A program made the translations under genes and the position numbers. This document shows positions 36,222 to 46,876 of a DNA stretch of 64,000 nt, piece after piece. This stretch comes from Candidatus Bathyarchaeia archaeon. Lineage in GTDB: Archaea > Thermoproteota > Bathyarchaeia > Bathyarchaeales > Bathycorpusculaceae. The notes below the pieces were generated by a model that was not told the DNA's origin, did no database searches, and saw only the letters and a list, made by a program, of their open reading frames with translations. How positions within the stretch are numbered: position 1 is the stretch's first letter; each line of letters starts with the position of its first letter. The DNA is taken from the NCBI GenBank assembly GCA_038727135.1, contig JAVYWL010000001.1, positions 192,001 through 256,000 on the forward strand, in the 5' to 3' direction.

Positions 36222-39200
36222 TTAAGCCCTCTCCTTAAGCTTCAATTTTGGCGCCACACAGAGGCTCATCAATTCTTGGAGGAGAAGCTTAAAAGCGTAA
36301 GAGACTATTACGGGTGAGATTTTCGCCTTGTCCTCGCATATTCTGCAGACATACTTTCTCTGTTTTAGGTCGTAGTAGGCTATGTAGCCGCAGTTCTCAC
36401 AAACATAGAGCGTATATTTGTCGGATTCCTCCAGAAGCCTGTCGCGTAAGAGCATTGCAGCTCCATGTCCAATTAGGCAGTCTCTTTCCATTTCGCCGAA
36501 GCGCAGTCCGCCTCCACGGGCTCTCCCTTCTGTTGGTTGCCTCGTTAACATTTGCACTTGTCCTCTGGCTCTTGCGTGGATTTTGTCTGCAACCATGTGG
36601 TGGAGCTTCTGATAGTAGACTATGCCAACGAAAACGTCTGCCACAAACTTTTCGCCAGTGACGCCATTGTAGAAGACCTCTTTTCCAGTGTGGCTGAAGC
36701 CAAGCTTTATTAGGGCTTTTCTTAGGTCTTCAGCCTTCTCATTTGAGAAGGGTGTTCCGTCGACAGACTTGCCCCGCATGGCTGCAACTTTTCCAGCTAT
36801 GGATTCAATGAACTGCCCAATGGTCATTCTTGACGGGATAGCGTGGGGATTAATTATAATGTCTGGGACTATGCCGTCCTCTGTGAAGGGCATATCCTCC
36901 TGTGGCACAATAAGCCCTATAACGCCTTTCTGTCCGTGGCGGGATGCAAACTTGTCGCCGAGCTCTGGGATTCTCTGGTCTCTAACCCTAACCTTGACGA
37001 GCTTGCTTCCCTCACCTGACTCTGTTATGAAAACAGCGTCTACAATTCCTGTTTCTGATGGGCGCATGTCCACAGAAGTGTCCCGCATTGATGGACCTTT
37101 AACCTCAAACTCTTTGTATTCTTCGAGGAACCTTGGCGGGCTTGTTCTTCCTATAAGAACGTCTCCGCCGGCAACTTGGGCTTCTAGGCTTATTATGCCG
37201 TCGGGCTCCAATAGCCTATAATATTGTTCCCCTCTGAAGCCCCTTATTCCGGGTTCTGGTATGACGAATTTGTCTTTCAGTCCGCCCATGTATTGGCGGC
37301 ACTCAGCCTCATAAATGCGGTAAAATGTGGAGCGCCCCAAGCCCCTTTCAATAGAGGCTTTGTTAAAGATCAGGGCGTCCTCCATGTTGTAGCCTTCATA
37401 GGATAAAACAGCCACAATACAGTTTTGCCCTGATGGGCGGAGTTTATAGCCCATAACCTCCATTAGGGCTGTTTCAACCAATGGTGTCTGTGGATAATGC
37501 AGTATGTGGGACCTTGAATCAACGCGCAACGGGAAGTTTGTGGCGAAAACGCCGAGAGCTTGCTTAGCCATAGCCGCCTGATAAGAGTTGCGGGGTGACT
37601 GGTTGTGCTCCGCATAAGGTATTGTGGAGGCGCAAATCCCGAGAATCGTGTGGGTTGCAATTTCCATGTGGGTGTGCTCTGGGGTTAGTTCTTCGGCGCT
37701 TATAGCAACATAAGCGTTTTCCTCTTCTTCAGCATCCAAATACTCGATTATACCGTTTTTGACGAGGTCTTCCCATGTCCACTCGCCGCGGGTAATCCTT
37801 TCCATGTGTTCTGGCTGAAGTTTTGGAACGCCGTTTTCAACTATTATTAGTGGTCTTCTAACTCTTCCCTCGTCGCAGTTAACGTATATTTCCTCTCTTT
37901 CGCCATACTCCTTTGAGAAGTAGGCGATGTTGACTTCTGTTGAGATTTCTCCCATGCGGCGGCGTTGCCTAAACTCTTGAACAACCTTTTCCGGAGTGGC
38001 GCAATAGCCAACTATTGTCCCGTCCACGAAGACCTTTGCGCCGTAACGCTTCAGCGTCTCATTCGCCTCATAGACCGGCGTGACGCCCATGCTGAACAAT
38101 ATCTGCTTAATCTTCTCCGGGTTAACACCGACAGATATGGAAGCAGACAACGCAAGGTTCTTAACCAGGCCGCAGTTTGAGCCTTCCGGCGTTTCATTTG
38201 GGCATAGGCGTCCCCAATGGGTTGAGTGTAAGTCTCTAGCCTCAAAGTTTGGCTGGCTTCTGCTTAGCGGAGATTGAAGTCTCCTCAAGTGGCTTAGGGT
38301 GGAAAGGTAATTTGTCCTATCGAGAAGCTGTGTTACGCCAACGCGTCCCCTTCCCCAGTTTCCAGTGGCAAGCGCGTGCTGAAGCCTTTCAGTTATTATT
38401 CCGGGGCGAACAGCCGCAGAAACAGTAATTATTGGTCCTTTAACGCCTATCCTTTCAAGCTGGTATTTTATATCTCTTACAAGGTTTCTGAAGGCTACGC
38501 GGAACAAGTCTGCCAACAGTGGTCCAGCAAGCCTCAAACGCTTGTTTTTAAAGTGGTCTTTGTCGTCGGGTTTCCGCCTTCCAAGCTTCAGCTCTATAAC
38601 TCTGCACGCCATCTCACCCAAGAATATGGCCTTGTCACGGCGGCTCTGACTTGTTCTTCCAAGATGGGGCAAGAAGTTTTTGTCTATGGCTGCTTCAGCC
38701 TTCTGAATGCGGTATTCTTCAACTTGCCCGTGGGCTACACGGTTTCCGATATATAATATTGCGTCTCTAACGGTGTCGACGCCGACAGCCTTCTCGAAGG
38801 ATGGTTCCAGCTCGCTTTGAATCTCCTCGTCTAAAGAAACGGCTTCGGCAATCTCCTTGTCAGACTCGAGACCCAAGGCGCGCATGACGATGACGAAGGG
38901 GACTTCTGTTGGCACTCCCGGCATTGTGACGTATAAGGCGCCGTCAGACTTCATTTTCAGCTCTATTCTCGCCCTAAAACCAACGGTCGTAGAGAAAAGC
39001 TTGGCTTGGTAAACTGGTGTCGCGCCTTTCTCGTCTATGTCAACAATTATGCGGTTTGGAGCCAAATCCTCCATAGCCACAATAACACGTTCAGAACCAT
39101 TAACAATAAAGTAGCCGCCGGGGTCGTCTGGGTCTTCTCCGACAGCTATTAGTTCTTCTCGGGAAAGTTGAGACAAGAAGCATAGTTTTGACTTGAGCAT

Positions 39201-39605
39201 TACTGGGATGTTGCCGATGAAAACGAGTTCTGTGTCTTGTTCTCTGCCATCCACAACCGGAGTCATTTCAAGGGCTATTGGCGCTGCATAGGTTAGGTTG
39301 CGGAGTCTAGCCTCTATTGGGTAGATTTCATGTTTTGTACCGTCAACCTCCGTCACATATGGACCGCTAATCCTGGTCTGTGGGTCAATAATCCAGACTT
39401 GTCCAAGCTTGACGGTGTAAGGGCACTCTGGAACCTCTATTGGAATTTCTCCAACTTCGTCTACAACCTCTTGCAAGCCATGGTCTATGAACTCGTTGTA
39501 GGAGTCTAGGTGCTGGCGGACAAGCCCCTTCTCTTTAAAGAAAGCCTTTAACAGTGTGTTAACATCTTCTTTTGAAAGCTTAACCATTAAGGTTAACCCC
39601 AGCAA
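36222..39605 (-). CDS. rpoB: RNA polymerase subunit B/Rpo2, unsplit (likely start 39587)
   Basis: [28 protein letters not shown]. Confidence 0.97.
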   Translation of the reverse strand: MLGLTLMVKLSKEDVNTLLKAFFKEKGLVRQHLDSYNEFIDHGLQEVVDEVGEIPIEVPECPYTVKLGQVWIIDPQTRISGPYVTEVDGTKHEIYPIEARLRNLTYAAPIALEMTPVVDGREQDTELVFIGNIPVMLKSKLCFLSQLSREELIAVGEDPDDPGGYFIVNGSERVIVAMEDLAPNRIIVDIDEKGATPVYQAKLFSTTVGFRARIELKMKSDGALYVTMPGVPTEVPFVIVMRALGLESDKEIAEAVSLDEEIQSELEPSFEKAVGVDTVRDAILYIGNRVAHGQVEEYRIQKAEAAIDKNFLPHLGRTSQSRRDKAIFLGEMACRVIELKLGRRKPDDKDHFKNKRLRLAGPLLADLFRVAFRNLVRDIKYQLERIGVKGPIITVSAAVRPGIITERLQHALATGNWGRGRVGVTQLLDRTNYLSTLSHLRRLQSPLSRSQPNFEARDLHSTHWGRLCPNETPEGSNCGLVKNLALSASISVGVNPEKIKQILFSMGVTPVYEANETLKRYGAKVFVDGTIVGYCATPEKVVQEFRQRRRMGEISTEVNIAYFSKEYGEREEIYVNCDEGRVRRPLIIVENGVPKLQPEHMERITRGEWTWEDLVKNGIIEYLDAEEEENAYVAISAEELTPEHTHMEIATHTILGICASTIPYAEHNQSPRNSYQAAMAKQALGVFATNFPLRVDSRSHILHYPQTPLVETALMEVMGYKLRPSGQNCIVAVLSYEGYNMEDALIFNKASIERGLGRSTFYRIYEAECRQYMGGLKDKFVIPEPGIRGFRGEQYYRLLEPDGIISLEAQVAGGDVLIGRTSPPRFLEEYKEFEVKGPSMRDTSVDMRPSETGIVDAVFITESGEGSKLVKVRVRDQRIPELGDKFASRHGQKGVIGLIVPQEDMPFTEDGIVPDIIINPHAIPSRMTIGQFIESIAGKVAAMRGKSVDGTPFSNEKAEDLRKALIKLGFSHTGKEVFYNGVTGEKFVADVFVGIVYYQKLHHMVADKIHARARGQVQMLTRQPTEGRARGGGLRFGEMERDCLIGHGAAMLLRDRLLEESDKYTLYVCENCGYIAYYDLKQRKYVCRICEDKAKISPVIVSYAFKLLLQELMSLCVAPKLKLKERA

Positions 39606-39913
39606 TCCCCACCTTAACTCGACGATGGAGGGATGAATGTGGTGCGGGTTTCCTCAAACTTTTAATTTCCTCCGCTTTTGGGTCATCCAGTTTAAAAAGT
39701 CTCCAATATATTAGAGCTAAACACGTAAAACTGCACAGCTCACTAATAAACTTTTTCGTGGAAAAATTCATCTTCAAGCCCCATCCGCAAAGAAAACCCC
39801 AACAATTATTGGGCATCTCCCAATTATAATAGAAGACTAGCCCCTTCTAGCTTTCAAGTTTCGAAAAAGAGTCGGTAAGCTTAAATCCCATTATCCATTC
39901 TTTGAAAAGATGG

Positions 39914-40035
39914 GCGGCGGTAGCCAAGCCAGGTCAAAGGCGGAGGACTCAAGGTCGGTGTTTAGAAAGGCTAAACCCCTATGAGCCATCCTCTCCCGTA
40001 GGGGTTCGCCGGTTCAAATCCGGCCCGCCGCACCA
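39914..40035 (+). tRNA. tRNA-Leu(CAA) with 34-nt intron (39954-39987) and encoded CCA
   Basis: Acceptor GCGGCGG/CCGCCGC-A-CCA, anticodon stem GAGGA/TCCTC with CAA at 39950-39952, long variable arm, GTTCAAATC T-loop, bulge-helix-bulge with CTCA/TGAG helix. Confidence 0.93.
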
Positions 40036-40137
40036 CCGCTTTTAAAATCCAAGTCCATTTTATCAAAATGAATAGGAAATGAAACATGTGATTTTGAAGC
40101 GCGAATTTACCTTTCTATTGGGCGCACACAATTCTTC

Positions 40138-41181
40138 TTATTGTGTAATTACTACCCTAATGGGGTTTCCCAATCTCTTCTCTAGAATTTCCATTCCATA
40201 ATTTACTTCCTCAAGGGACACCCTATGTGTTATGGATTCTGAAAGTGTTATCTTTCCAGTGCTAACAAGTTTGATAAGTTGAGTCATTTCTGATTTTAAA
40301 TGATCATTGACGCCGATCAATTCCATTTCTTTGCCGATCAGCTTTTTGTAGGGGGAAATTGTTATGTTCTCTGGACATACCCCAACCACTACCATCCTAC
40401 CGCCTTTTCCAACACACTCAATGGCTTCTTCAATTGTTGTTCTTAAACCTATAAACTCGAACACAGCATCGGCAAGCCGCCCGTTGGTTATCTCCTTTAT
40501 TCTGTCTACCACTTTAACTTCCGAGGCGTTGACTATTTCGTCCGCTCCGAGTTTTTTGGCCATTTTTAGCTTTTCATCGGAAATATCGACGGCAATAACT
40601 TTGCCAGCCCCAAAAATCTTGGCAGCCAACTGAAGGGCTTGCATTCCGACTCCTCCAACACCGTAAATTACAACAGTTTCTCCAACACTTACTTTTCCCC
40701 TTTTAAGTGCGTGAAATGCTGTTGAAACAGCGCATCCCATTATCGCGCCTTGTTCAAACGGAATAGCCTCTGGCAACTTCAAAACGTTTCTATATGGAAC
40801 CTTTATGTACTCAGCAAATCCGCCATCGACATCTTTTCCTATCATTTGATATTTTTCACATAAGTTTTCTCTGCCGTTAACGCATGCTGGACAATCTCCA
40901 CAACTCAAAATGTAGTGAATAGATACACGGTCTCCTATTTTAATATCTTCTACGCGACTTCCAACCTCTACTATCTCGCCAGCTATTTCATGTCCAAGAG
41001 TTATCGGCAATTTAGCAACAGGAGCTATGCCATATTTATAATTGATGTCCGAGTGACATATGCCGCTGGCTTTTATGGCTACTAAAACATCATATTGTCC
41101 AACCTTTGGCACTTCAACATAGTCTATTCTTAACTTTTCACCTATTTTATGTAGTCTTGCCGCTTTCATTTTCCCCTCCAT
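40138..41181 (-). CDS. Zinc-dependent alcohol dehydrogenase (MDR family)
   Basis: GICHSD, GHE, CGDCPAC...C, GVGGVG. Confidence 0.92.
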   Translation of the reverse strand: MEGKMKAARLHKIGEKLRIDYVEVPKVGQYDVLVAIKASGICHSDINYKYGIAPVAKLPITLGHEIAGEIVEVGSRVEDIKIGDRVSIHYILSCGDCPACVNGRENLCEKYQMIGKDVDGGFAEYIKVPYRNVLKLPEAIPFEQGAIMGCAVSTAFHALKRGKVSVGETVVIYGVGGVGMQALQLAAKIFGAGKVIAVDISDEKLKMAKKLGADEIVNASEVKVVDRIKEITNGRLADAVFEFIGLRTTIEEAIECVGKGGRMVVVGVCPENITISPYKKLIGKEMELIGVNDHLKSEMTQLIKLVSTGKITLSESITHRVSLEEVNYGMEILEKRLGNPIRVVITQ

Positions 41182-41253
41182 TTTAAACCCACAGCCTCAA
41201 GATTTTTCCATCTTATATATCAATCTTCGGTTTGCACACATCTATTTGAAACC

Positions 41254-42423
41254 TTAAACTTTGCATTTGAAAATACTTGTTAAAAGTTCGCCATGCCATA
41301 TTTTACGCTCATACATCACCGCCACCTCGGCACTTTCAGCGGTTTCCCTAAACCTATTTGACGCAGCTGTTATTAAGACGAGGGTTGCTCCAGGAAATTT
41401 TGTTTTTAACGTTTTTAGGAAGTTTTCATATAGTTTTCTTACGCCTTCTCTTGGGTTTGCCCTTAACCCGTAGGGTGGATTTACAACTATGAAGTCGAGT
41501 CCCGCTTTTGGGTAGTCTTGGGGTTTTGTTGCGTCTCCAATTTTGAAGTTTATTGCTTCATGTACGCCGGCTTTTCTAGCGTTTTCAATCCCGCCTAGCA
41601 AGTGTTTGGCGAACTTTTCCATAGCGTAAATTGTACACGGAGCTTCCTCTTTTTGTTGTGCAAGCGTTTCAGCCCTTATTTTTTCGAAGGTTTCTTGACT
41701 GCAAATTTTGAGTTTTAGGAAGGCGAAGTCTCTTTGCAGATGATTTGGCGGAACGCCTTTGGCTTCTAACGCAGCTTCAATGGGGATAGTGGCGCCTCCG
41801 CACATGGGGTCTATTAGGGATTTATCCGGTGTCCAGCCGCCTATCCTGAGCATGGCTGAGGCTATTGTTGGTTTTAGGGCTGCTGGGTGGCTGTAAACGC
41901 GGTAGCCACGCTTGTGGAGGGAAGCGCCTGTAGTGTTTACTCCCATAATGAAGTCGTTGTTTCTTACTAGGCAGTATATCTCAACATCAGGCTCGTCCAA
42001 GTTCACTTTTAATCTCTTGCCCGTTGCGTTGGCGAAGGAGTCTATTACAGCTTGTCCGGCAACGCGGGAGACGTCCATGCTTGTGAAGTTGTGCACGCCG
42101 ATTCTTTCGCTTCTTATGGCGAAGGTCTGCTGCTCGTCCAATATCCAAGTGTAGTCTAAACTTTTGGCTAGCCGGTATATGTCGTCTAGGCTTTCGAAGG
42201 CTGACCTGCAAAGCTCAATAAAGACCTTGTTGATAGTTGAAGCTTTCAGGTTTAGGAGGTAAACGTCTTCTAGGCTTCCTTTGAAGGCGATTCTTCCAAC
42301 ATCTTGTTCGGCTTTAACCCCTATTAGGTTTTCAACCTCTTTTGAGGCTACATCTTCCAGTCCTATGACTGTTGTTGCGAAAAATCTGAGCTTCCCCATC
42401 CCCATTGAATAAGTGAAGTTCAC
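41254..42423 (-). CDS. trm14: THUMP-domain tRNA (guanine-N2)-methyltransferase, Trm14-like
   Basis: THUMP region, SLHKRGYR, HPAALKPTIA, DPMCGGAT, NPPYG. Confidence 0.8.
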   Translation of the reverse strand: MNFTYSMGMGKLRFFATTVIGLEDVASKEVENLIGVKAEQDVGRIAFKGSLEDVYLLNLKASTINKVFIELCRSAFESLDDIYRLAKSLDYTWILDEQQTFAIRSERIGVHNFTSMDVSRVAGQAVIDSFANATGKRLKVNLDEPDVEIYCLVRNNDFIMGVNTTGASLHKRGYRVYSHPAALKPTIASAMLRIGGWTPDKSLIDPMCGGATIPIEAALEAKGVPPNHLQRDFAFLKLKICSQETFEKIRAETLAQQKEEAPCTIYAMEKFAKHLLGGIENARKAGVHEAINFKIGDATKPQDYPKAGLDFIVVNPPYGLRANPREGVRKLYENFLKTLKTKFPGATLVLITAASNRFRETAESAEVAVMYERKIWHGELLTSIFKCKV

Positions 42424-42520
42424 AATGTTTTAACGATTGCTATGGTTTGTTGTAAAGAGCGTGACAGGGCATAAAGGCATATATTCCACAGTGTGCTTTT
42501 GAAGATGCTTAAAGGCGAAG

Positions 42521-43438
42521 TTGGAAATGGCTCTTGCCGAAAAAATACTGCGGCTGAAGAAGGAGAAGAAAGCCATTATTTTGGCTCATAACTATCAGAG
42601 GCCAGAGGTTCAAGATATCGCCGACTATGTGGGAGACAGCATAGAGCTTAGCAGAAAAGCCATGGAAGAGAAAGAGGCGGAAATAATTGTTTTTGCAGCT
42701 GTGGATTTTATGGCTGAATCGGCAGCCATCCTTAATCCGGAAAAGAAGGTTTTGCTGCCCTCTGCCGGTGCCCGCTGTCCCATGGCTCAGATGCTGACGG
42801 TTGACGAGATTAAGAGGTGGCGTGTGCTTTACCCACTTGTGCCGCTGGTTTTATACGTTAACACTCTGGCTTCTGCGAAGGCTTACTGCGACGTGTGCTG
42901 CACCTCTGCCAACGCCGTTGAGGTAATAAACGCCTTGGACGCTGAAACTGTTCTTTTTGGACCAGACCACAACTTGGCGGAATACGTGCAGGAAAAGACT
43001 GGGAAGACGATTATTCCTATCCCAGAACGGGGCTTTTGTCCAACCCATCTTCTCTTCCAACCAGAAGAGGTGCAAGCTCTAAAGGCTGATTTTCCAAACG
43101 CTGTTGTCATGGTTCACCCAGAGTGCACAGCTGAAATGCGAAAAATAGCCGACTTTATTGGCAGTACATCCCAGATGTGCCGTTATGCGAGGGAGAGCAA
43201 CGCCAAAACATTTATTGTGGCGACTGAAGAGGGACTTCTGCACCGTTTACGGAAGGACAATCCGGGTAAACGTTTCGTTTTGGCTTATGAGGGTGCCGTC
43301 TGCCCCAACATGAAGCTGAACACTCTTGAAAGGATTTACACAGCCCTTAAAGAGGAGAAACACGTGGTGAAGGTTCCAGAGCCAATAGCAAGCAAAGCGA
43401 GAAAAGCCCTAGAAAAAATGTTTGAAATAACGCGTTAA
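42521..43438 (+). CDS. nadA: Quinolinate synthase
   Basis: ILAHNYQ, FMAE, CPMA, YVN, HPEC, GSTS, CPNMK. Confidence 0.95.
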   Translation: MEMALAEKILRLKKEKKAIILAHNYQRPEVQDIADYVGDSIELSRKAMEEKEAEIIVFAAVDFMAESAAILNPEKKVLLPSAGARCPMAQMLTVDEIKRWRVLYPLVPLVLYVNTLASAKAYCDVCCTSANAVEVINALDAETVLFGPDHNLAEYVQEKTGKTIIPIPERGFCPTHLLFQPEEVQALKADFPNAVVMVHPECTAEMRKIADFIGSTSQMCRYARESNAKTFIVATEEGLLHRLRKDNPGKRFVLAYEGAVCPNMKLNTLERIYTALKEEKHVVKVPEPIASKARKALEKMFEITR

Positions 43439-43448
43439 AAGCTCTTCC

Positions 43449-43874
43449 TTAAAGCGAAACAATCATTGTTTTGAGAAGCTTAACACCCCGCCTTGAAGAC
43501 AACTCATCGCTCAACCGCCGAATTTTAGCGGCGTCACCCTTAACCGCTATAGCCTCTAGGCAGTCTCGCTCTGTTAGGTGAATATGCATTGTTGAGGAGA
43601 TTATGTCTGCATAATGATGCTGCACATCTGTTAAGGCATCCTCCAAACCCCTAACATCATGGTCATAAAGAAGCATTAAAACCCCGGCTTGAAGGCCCTT
43701 CTCCTCCTGAAGCCACTTGCGCTCGGAAACGAAAAGCCTAACGGCATCCTGAACAGCCTTAGAACGATTCTCGTAGCCCATTCTTCGGATTACCTCATCA
43801 AAGTCCTTTAAAAGGTCTGGTGGGAAGGTTACGCTCACCCGCACTATTTTCTCTGTTTTTGCCATGGAAACCAC
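43449..43874 (-). CDS. nikR: Nickel-responsive regulator NikR
   Basis: N-terminal RHH (RVSVT, NRSKAVQDA); YDH, QH, HIH, CLE Ni ligands. Confidence 0.93.
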   Translation of the reverse strand: MVSMAKTEKIVRVSVTFPPDLLKDFDEVIRRMGYENRSKAVQDAVRLFVSERKWLQEEKGLQAGVLMLLYDHDVRGLEDALTDVQHHYADIISSTMHIHLTERDCLEAIAVKGDAAKIRRLSDELSSRRGVKLLKTMIVSL

Positions 43875-43918
43875 GTTTTTAATTTGGTGTTTTAACCATA
43901 AAGTTTTTATGCAGATTG

Positions 43919-43946
43919 GTATTACGTTTTTAGAAAAAAGTATTAC
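43919..43946. promoter_or_regulatory. Putative NikR operator
   Basis: 28-bp imperfect palindrome GTATTA-N16-TATTAC between nikR and the divergent operon, just downstream of a TATA-like TTTTTAT. Confidence 0.65.
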
Positions 43947-43957
43947 GATGATGAAAG

Positions 43958-44488
43958 ATGTCCCAGTTTAAACCGGTTGACATAGCAATAATAGCCATTT
44001 TCTCAGCCCTATGGGCAGCATTAAATCTGACAGTTGGACCTTTGGGATTCACACTACTTCATTTGCCAATATTTTGCGACCTCTCCGTCTATTTCACCAT
44101 GCTTTTGGCCACTTGGGCCTCCGGCAGAGCTGGAATACCCTCAATGGTCGGCGTAATAGGAGCCATAATAGTGCTGGCAATGAGACCAGCATCAACACAG
44201 ATGATAGGCTTTCTAGCTTCAGCCATCCTCTTTGACGCCCTAATGACGCTGTGTAAGCACAAAATCAAATTTAAACCCTATAATATTGCTGTGACAGCCA
44301 TTACAACAATGGTATCTGCCTATTTTGCAGGTGTGGTTATTGGAACAGTTTTCATGGCAAGATCTTTGGAGTGGGCACTAACTTTTTGGGGTGTGTGGCA
44401 CTTGATAGGCGGAATAATAGGCCTAATAATCGCCTTACCAGTGATAGGGACCCTTGAAAGGGCAAAGGTGAAAAAAGCAAATGACTAA
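43958..44488 (+). CDS. Membrane protein resembling an ECF transporter S-component
   Basis: 176 aa, 5-6 TM helices, N-terminal DIAIIAIFSAL (AxxxA-type) pattern. Confidence 0.6.
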   Translation: MSQFKPVDIAIIAIFSALWAALNLTVGPLGFTLLHLPIFCDLSVYFTMLLATWASGRAGIPSMVGVIGAIIVLAMRPASTQMIGFLASAILFDALMTLCKHKIKFKPYNIAVTAITTMVSAYFAGVVIGTVFMARSLEWALTFWGVWHLIGGIIGLIIALPVIGTLERAKVKKAND

Positions 44489-44930
44489 TGAAAAAGACGC
44501 CCTAACGCTTGAGATTAAAAACGCTGAAAACCTTCACGGGCATCTTGGACCATTCCTAGTTATAGGAGTGAAAATGGCTAGATTAGCAAAGAAAATACTA
44601 AAAGTAGACAGAAACAAACTATGGGACTTGCAGGTGGTGGCGGAACTCCCATTAATAACTCCTTATTCATGCATCCTTGATGGTATTCAAGCAATTACTC
44701 AATGCACCGTGGGAAACAGAAAACTCGAAGTAAGAAGTTCCGATGGAAGCGTAGTGGCAATTTTTAAACTAAAAAGTCAAAACAAAACTTTGAAAATCCA
44801 CGTAAACAATCAGGTGATAGAAATGCTGAAAGAAAAACTTGCAAAAGGCACTTCCAACGAGGACCTCGCCTGGAAAATAGCGGACACACCGGAAAACCAG
44901 CTGTTTAACGTCGAAAACGATAAATTCTAA
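44481..44930 (+). CDS. FmdE/FwdE-family protein
   Basis: LHGHLGPFLVIG, SCILDGIQ...CTVGN. Confidence 0.85.
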   Translation: MTNEKDALTLEIKNAENLHGHLGPFLVIGVKMARLAKKILKVDRNKLWDLQVVAELPLITPYSCILDGIQAITQCTVGNRKLEVRSSDGSVVAIFKLKSQNKTLKIHVNNQVIEMLKEKLAKGTSNEDLAWKIADTPENQLFNVENDKF

Positions 44931-45007
44931 TTTCTCTACCGTTACATTCCTAGTGTTTGGAAAGCCAAAAGTTATTATCAAGTGAAGTTGGCAAATGAAT
45001 AGGGAGC

Positions 45008-45427
45008 GTGAAGTTTATATCAGGAAATGACATTGAACTGAGACATATTAGAGAAAGAAAACTGCGCGAGTTAATGAAAGAGCTTGAGGAGAAGAAAAGT
45101 TTGGGTGGACAAGTAATCCATATTACAGATTCAAATTTTGAGGAAGTTGTGAGCAAAAACCCGCTTGTCCTTATTGACTTTTTTGCGGATTGGTGCATGC
45201 CATGCAGAATGATGGCGCCAGTGATAGAGGAACTGGCAAAAGAGTATGCTGGAAAAGTTCTTGTCGGAAAGCTTAACGTGGACGAAAATCCAGCAACAGC
45301 CGACCGCTTTCAGGTTTTCAGCATACCAACCCTTGTAATCCTGAAAGCTGGAGAAGAAGTTGATAGAATAGTGGGCTTTGTTCCGAAAATTCAAGTTGAA
45401 GCCCGCCTCAAAAAATATTTGGAGTGA
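45008..45427 (+). CDS. trxA: Thioredoxin
   Basis: [21 protein letters not shown]. Confidence 0.92.
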   Translation: MKFISGNDIELRHIRERKLRELMKELEEKKSLGGQVIHITDSNFEEVVSKNPLVLIDFFADWCMPCRMMAPVIEELAKEYAGKVLVGKLNVDENPATADRFQVFSIPTLVILKAGEEVDRIVGFVPKIQVEARLKKYLE

Positions 45428-45435
45428 AAAAGATC

Positions 45436-45576
45436 ATGGACTTGCACGAGCGCAGGGTTATAGGCGCCCTCCTACTGCTTTTAGGCGTATCCCTATTTGC
45501 CATAGGTTTGTACACTGGTCAGTTGAATGCTGTTATTGAGCTTTTAAAGAAGGCCTTCAGACCTTTAGGCTTTTAG
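45436..45576 (+). CDS. 46-aa single-TM small protein (not in the ORF track)
   Basis: MDLHERRVIGALLLLLGVSLFAIGLYTGQLNAVIELLKKAFRPLGF; GGAGTGA upstream; fills the gap between same-strand genes. Confidence 0.55.
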   Translation: MDLHERRVIGALLLLLGVSLFAIGLYTGQLNAVIELLKKAFRPLGF

Positions 45577-45599
45577 GCAGAAAATGAAAAACAATCTAG

Positions 45600-46190
45600 T
45601 TGGTTTATTCTTGGGGTGAACGTATGAGTCCAAAAATTGAAAGCGAAAATGGCCAGAAAGAGGCCATCCTTATGGTGGCAAAACTTATGCTAGCCGCAGC
45701 TAGAACAGCCCCAAAAACAGCCGGGATGGACGATGTCTTAACACTGATCGTCTACGGTGAGGAAAAGGACGCTATAGCCGAAAAAATGGAAGAAATAGCC
45801 GAGCAAAGAAAGATTGAAGGTTTTAAACGAGACGCAAAAAATGTGAGAGACTCTGAAGCCATAGTCCTAATAGGAGTTAGGGGGAGTAAAAGCCTAGGAT
45901 TTAATTGTGGAGCATGCGGCTACAGGAACTGTGGTGAATTTGAAGAAGCCCAAAAACAGGCGGGACAAGACTTTACTGGTCCAACATGCCTTTTTAAGGC
46001 TTTAGACCTTGGGATAGCCTTAGGCTCAGCCGTTAAAATTGCAAGCATTTTAAACATTGACAACCGCATAATGTACCGTATAGGCACGGCAGCATTAAAG
46101 CTGAACTTGCTACCAGAGGCAACAGTTGCGATGGGCATACCGCTTTCGGCAAAGGGCAAAAACATATATTTTGACAGAAAATGGCCCTAA
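45600..46190 (+). CDS. DUF2148-like ferredoxin-domain protein (likely start 45624)
   Basis: AARTAPK, CGACGYRNC, GPTC, DLGIALGSA, DNRIMY. Confidence 0.8.
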   Translation: MVYSWGERMSPKIESENGQKEAILMVAKLMLAAARTAPKTAGMDDVLTLIVYGEEKDAIAEKMEEIAEQRKIEGFKRDAKNVRDSEAIVLIGVRGSKSLGFNCGACGYRNCGEFEEAQKQAGQDFTGPTCLFKALDLGIALGSAVKIASILNIDNRIMYRIGTAALKLNLLPEATVAMGIPLSAKGKNIYFDRKWP

Positions 46191-46198
46191 AGTTCGTT

Positions 46199-46807
46199 TT
46201 AACTTTGGCTTTTCATTTTTTCATACATTTTCTCCAAAGTCCACTTGACACTCGACTTAAGCTCTCTTAGGCGTTCAGCATCAAAATTTTTGACGTGGAT
46301 TTCGCGGATTATTTCGCCGTCTCTAACAATGTTGTAGGAGAAAATTTCTTCTGGCTTAAGCTTTCCAGCTTTGGCCAGTTCGCTGTCTTTCTGCTGCATT
46401 TTTGCTAAAACCCTTTCCACCAGAAATTGGTTAAAAGGCGGAGTATTAACATTGAACTTTTTGTCTTCAGCTAAAACAATTTTTAGAAAGCCTTCACCAA
46501 CATAGAGTGTCGCAAGCGGTTCGCCAGCGGCAGTTTTCAAAGGAGTAACTTCCTTAAACTCTGGCATCTGCACTGATGGCTGAATCACCATCTCCTCTTC
46601 TTTTGCTGGCATAGCTACCGCTGGTGGCGTCGGCGCTGGAGCTTTAACGATTTCAGCCCGCTTAAAACCCTTAGCCAAGAGAACAGAGTTTACAGCCTCC
46701 AAAATTGATTTTAGCTCTTTAAGCTCTGATTCAAGCTTTTCAACTCTTCTTTCAAGCCTCTTTTTGAAGGCTAGAAGCCTCTTAACCTCTTCAGCCTCTT
46801 CAGACAT
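46199..46807 (-). CDS. Hypothetical protein with N-terminal coiled coil
   Basis: Heptad-rich N-terminus, Pro/Ala linker, globular C-terminus. Confidence 0.65.
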   Translation of the reverse strand: MSEEAEEVKRLLAFKKRLERRVEKLESELKELKSILEAVNSVLLAKGFKRAEIVKAPAPTPPAVAMPAKEEEMVIQPSVQMPEFKEVTPLKTAAGEPLATLYVGEGFLKIVLAEDKKFNVNTPPFNQFLVERVLAKMQQKDSELAKAGKLKPEEIFSYNIVRDGEIIREIHVKNFDAERLRELKSSVKWTLEKMYEKMKSQS

Positions 46808-46876
46808 GCCCGCTCACAGCTAGAATATATGCGGCGTTTTGCTTATCAAATCTTTGATTAAAATAAACTAAAAGGT

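Noticed and set aside
32427-38756. Numerous plus-strand ORFs of 60-180 aa
   Set aside because: Antisense shadows of rpoA and rpoB with no motifs
39914-41181. Integrated element at tRNA-Leu
   Set aside because: No integrase or duplicated tRNA 3' end seen; the neighbours are housekeeping or metabolic genes
44481-44930. Evidence for a formylmethanofuran dehydrogenase operon or methanogenesis
   Set aside because: FmdE-family gene stands alone; no fwd/fmd catalytic subunits are in the window
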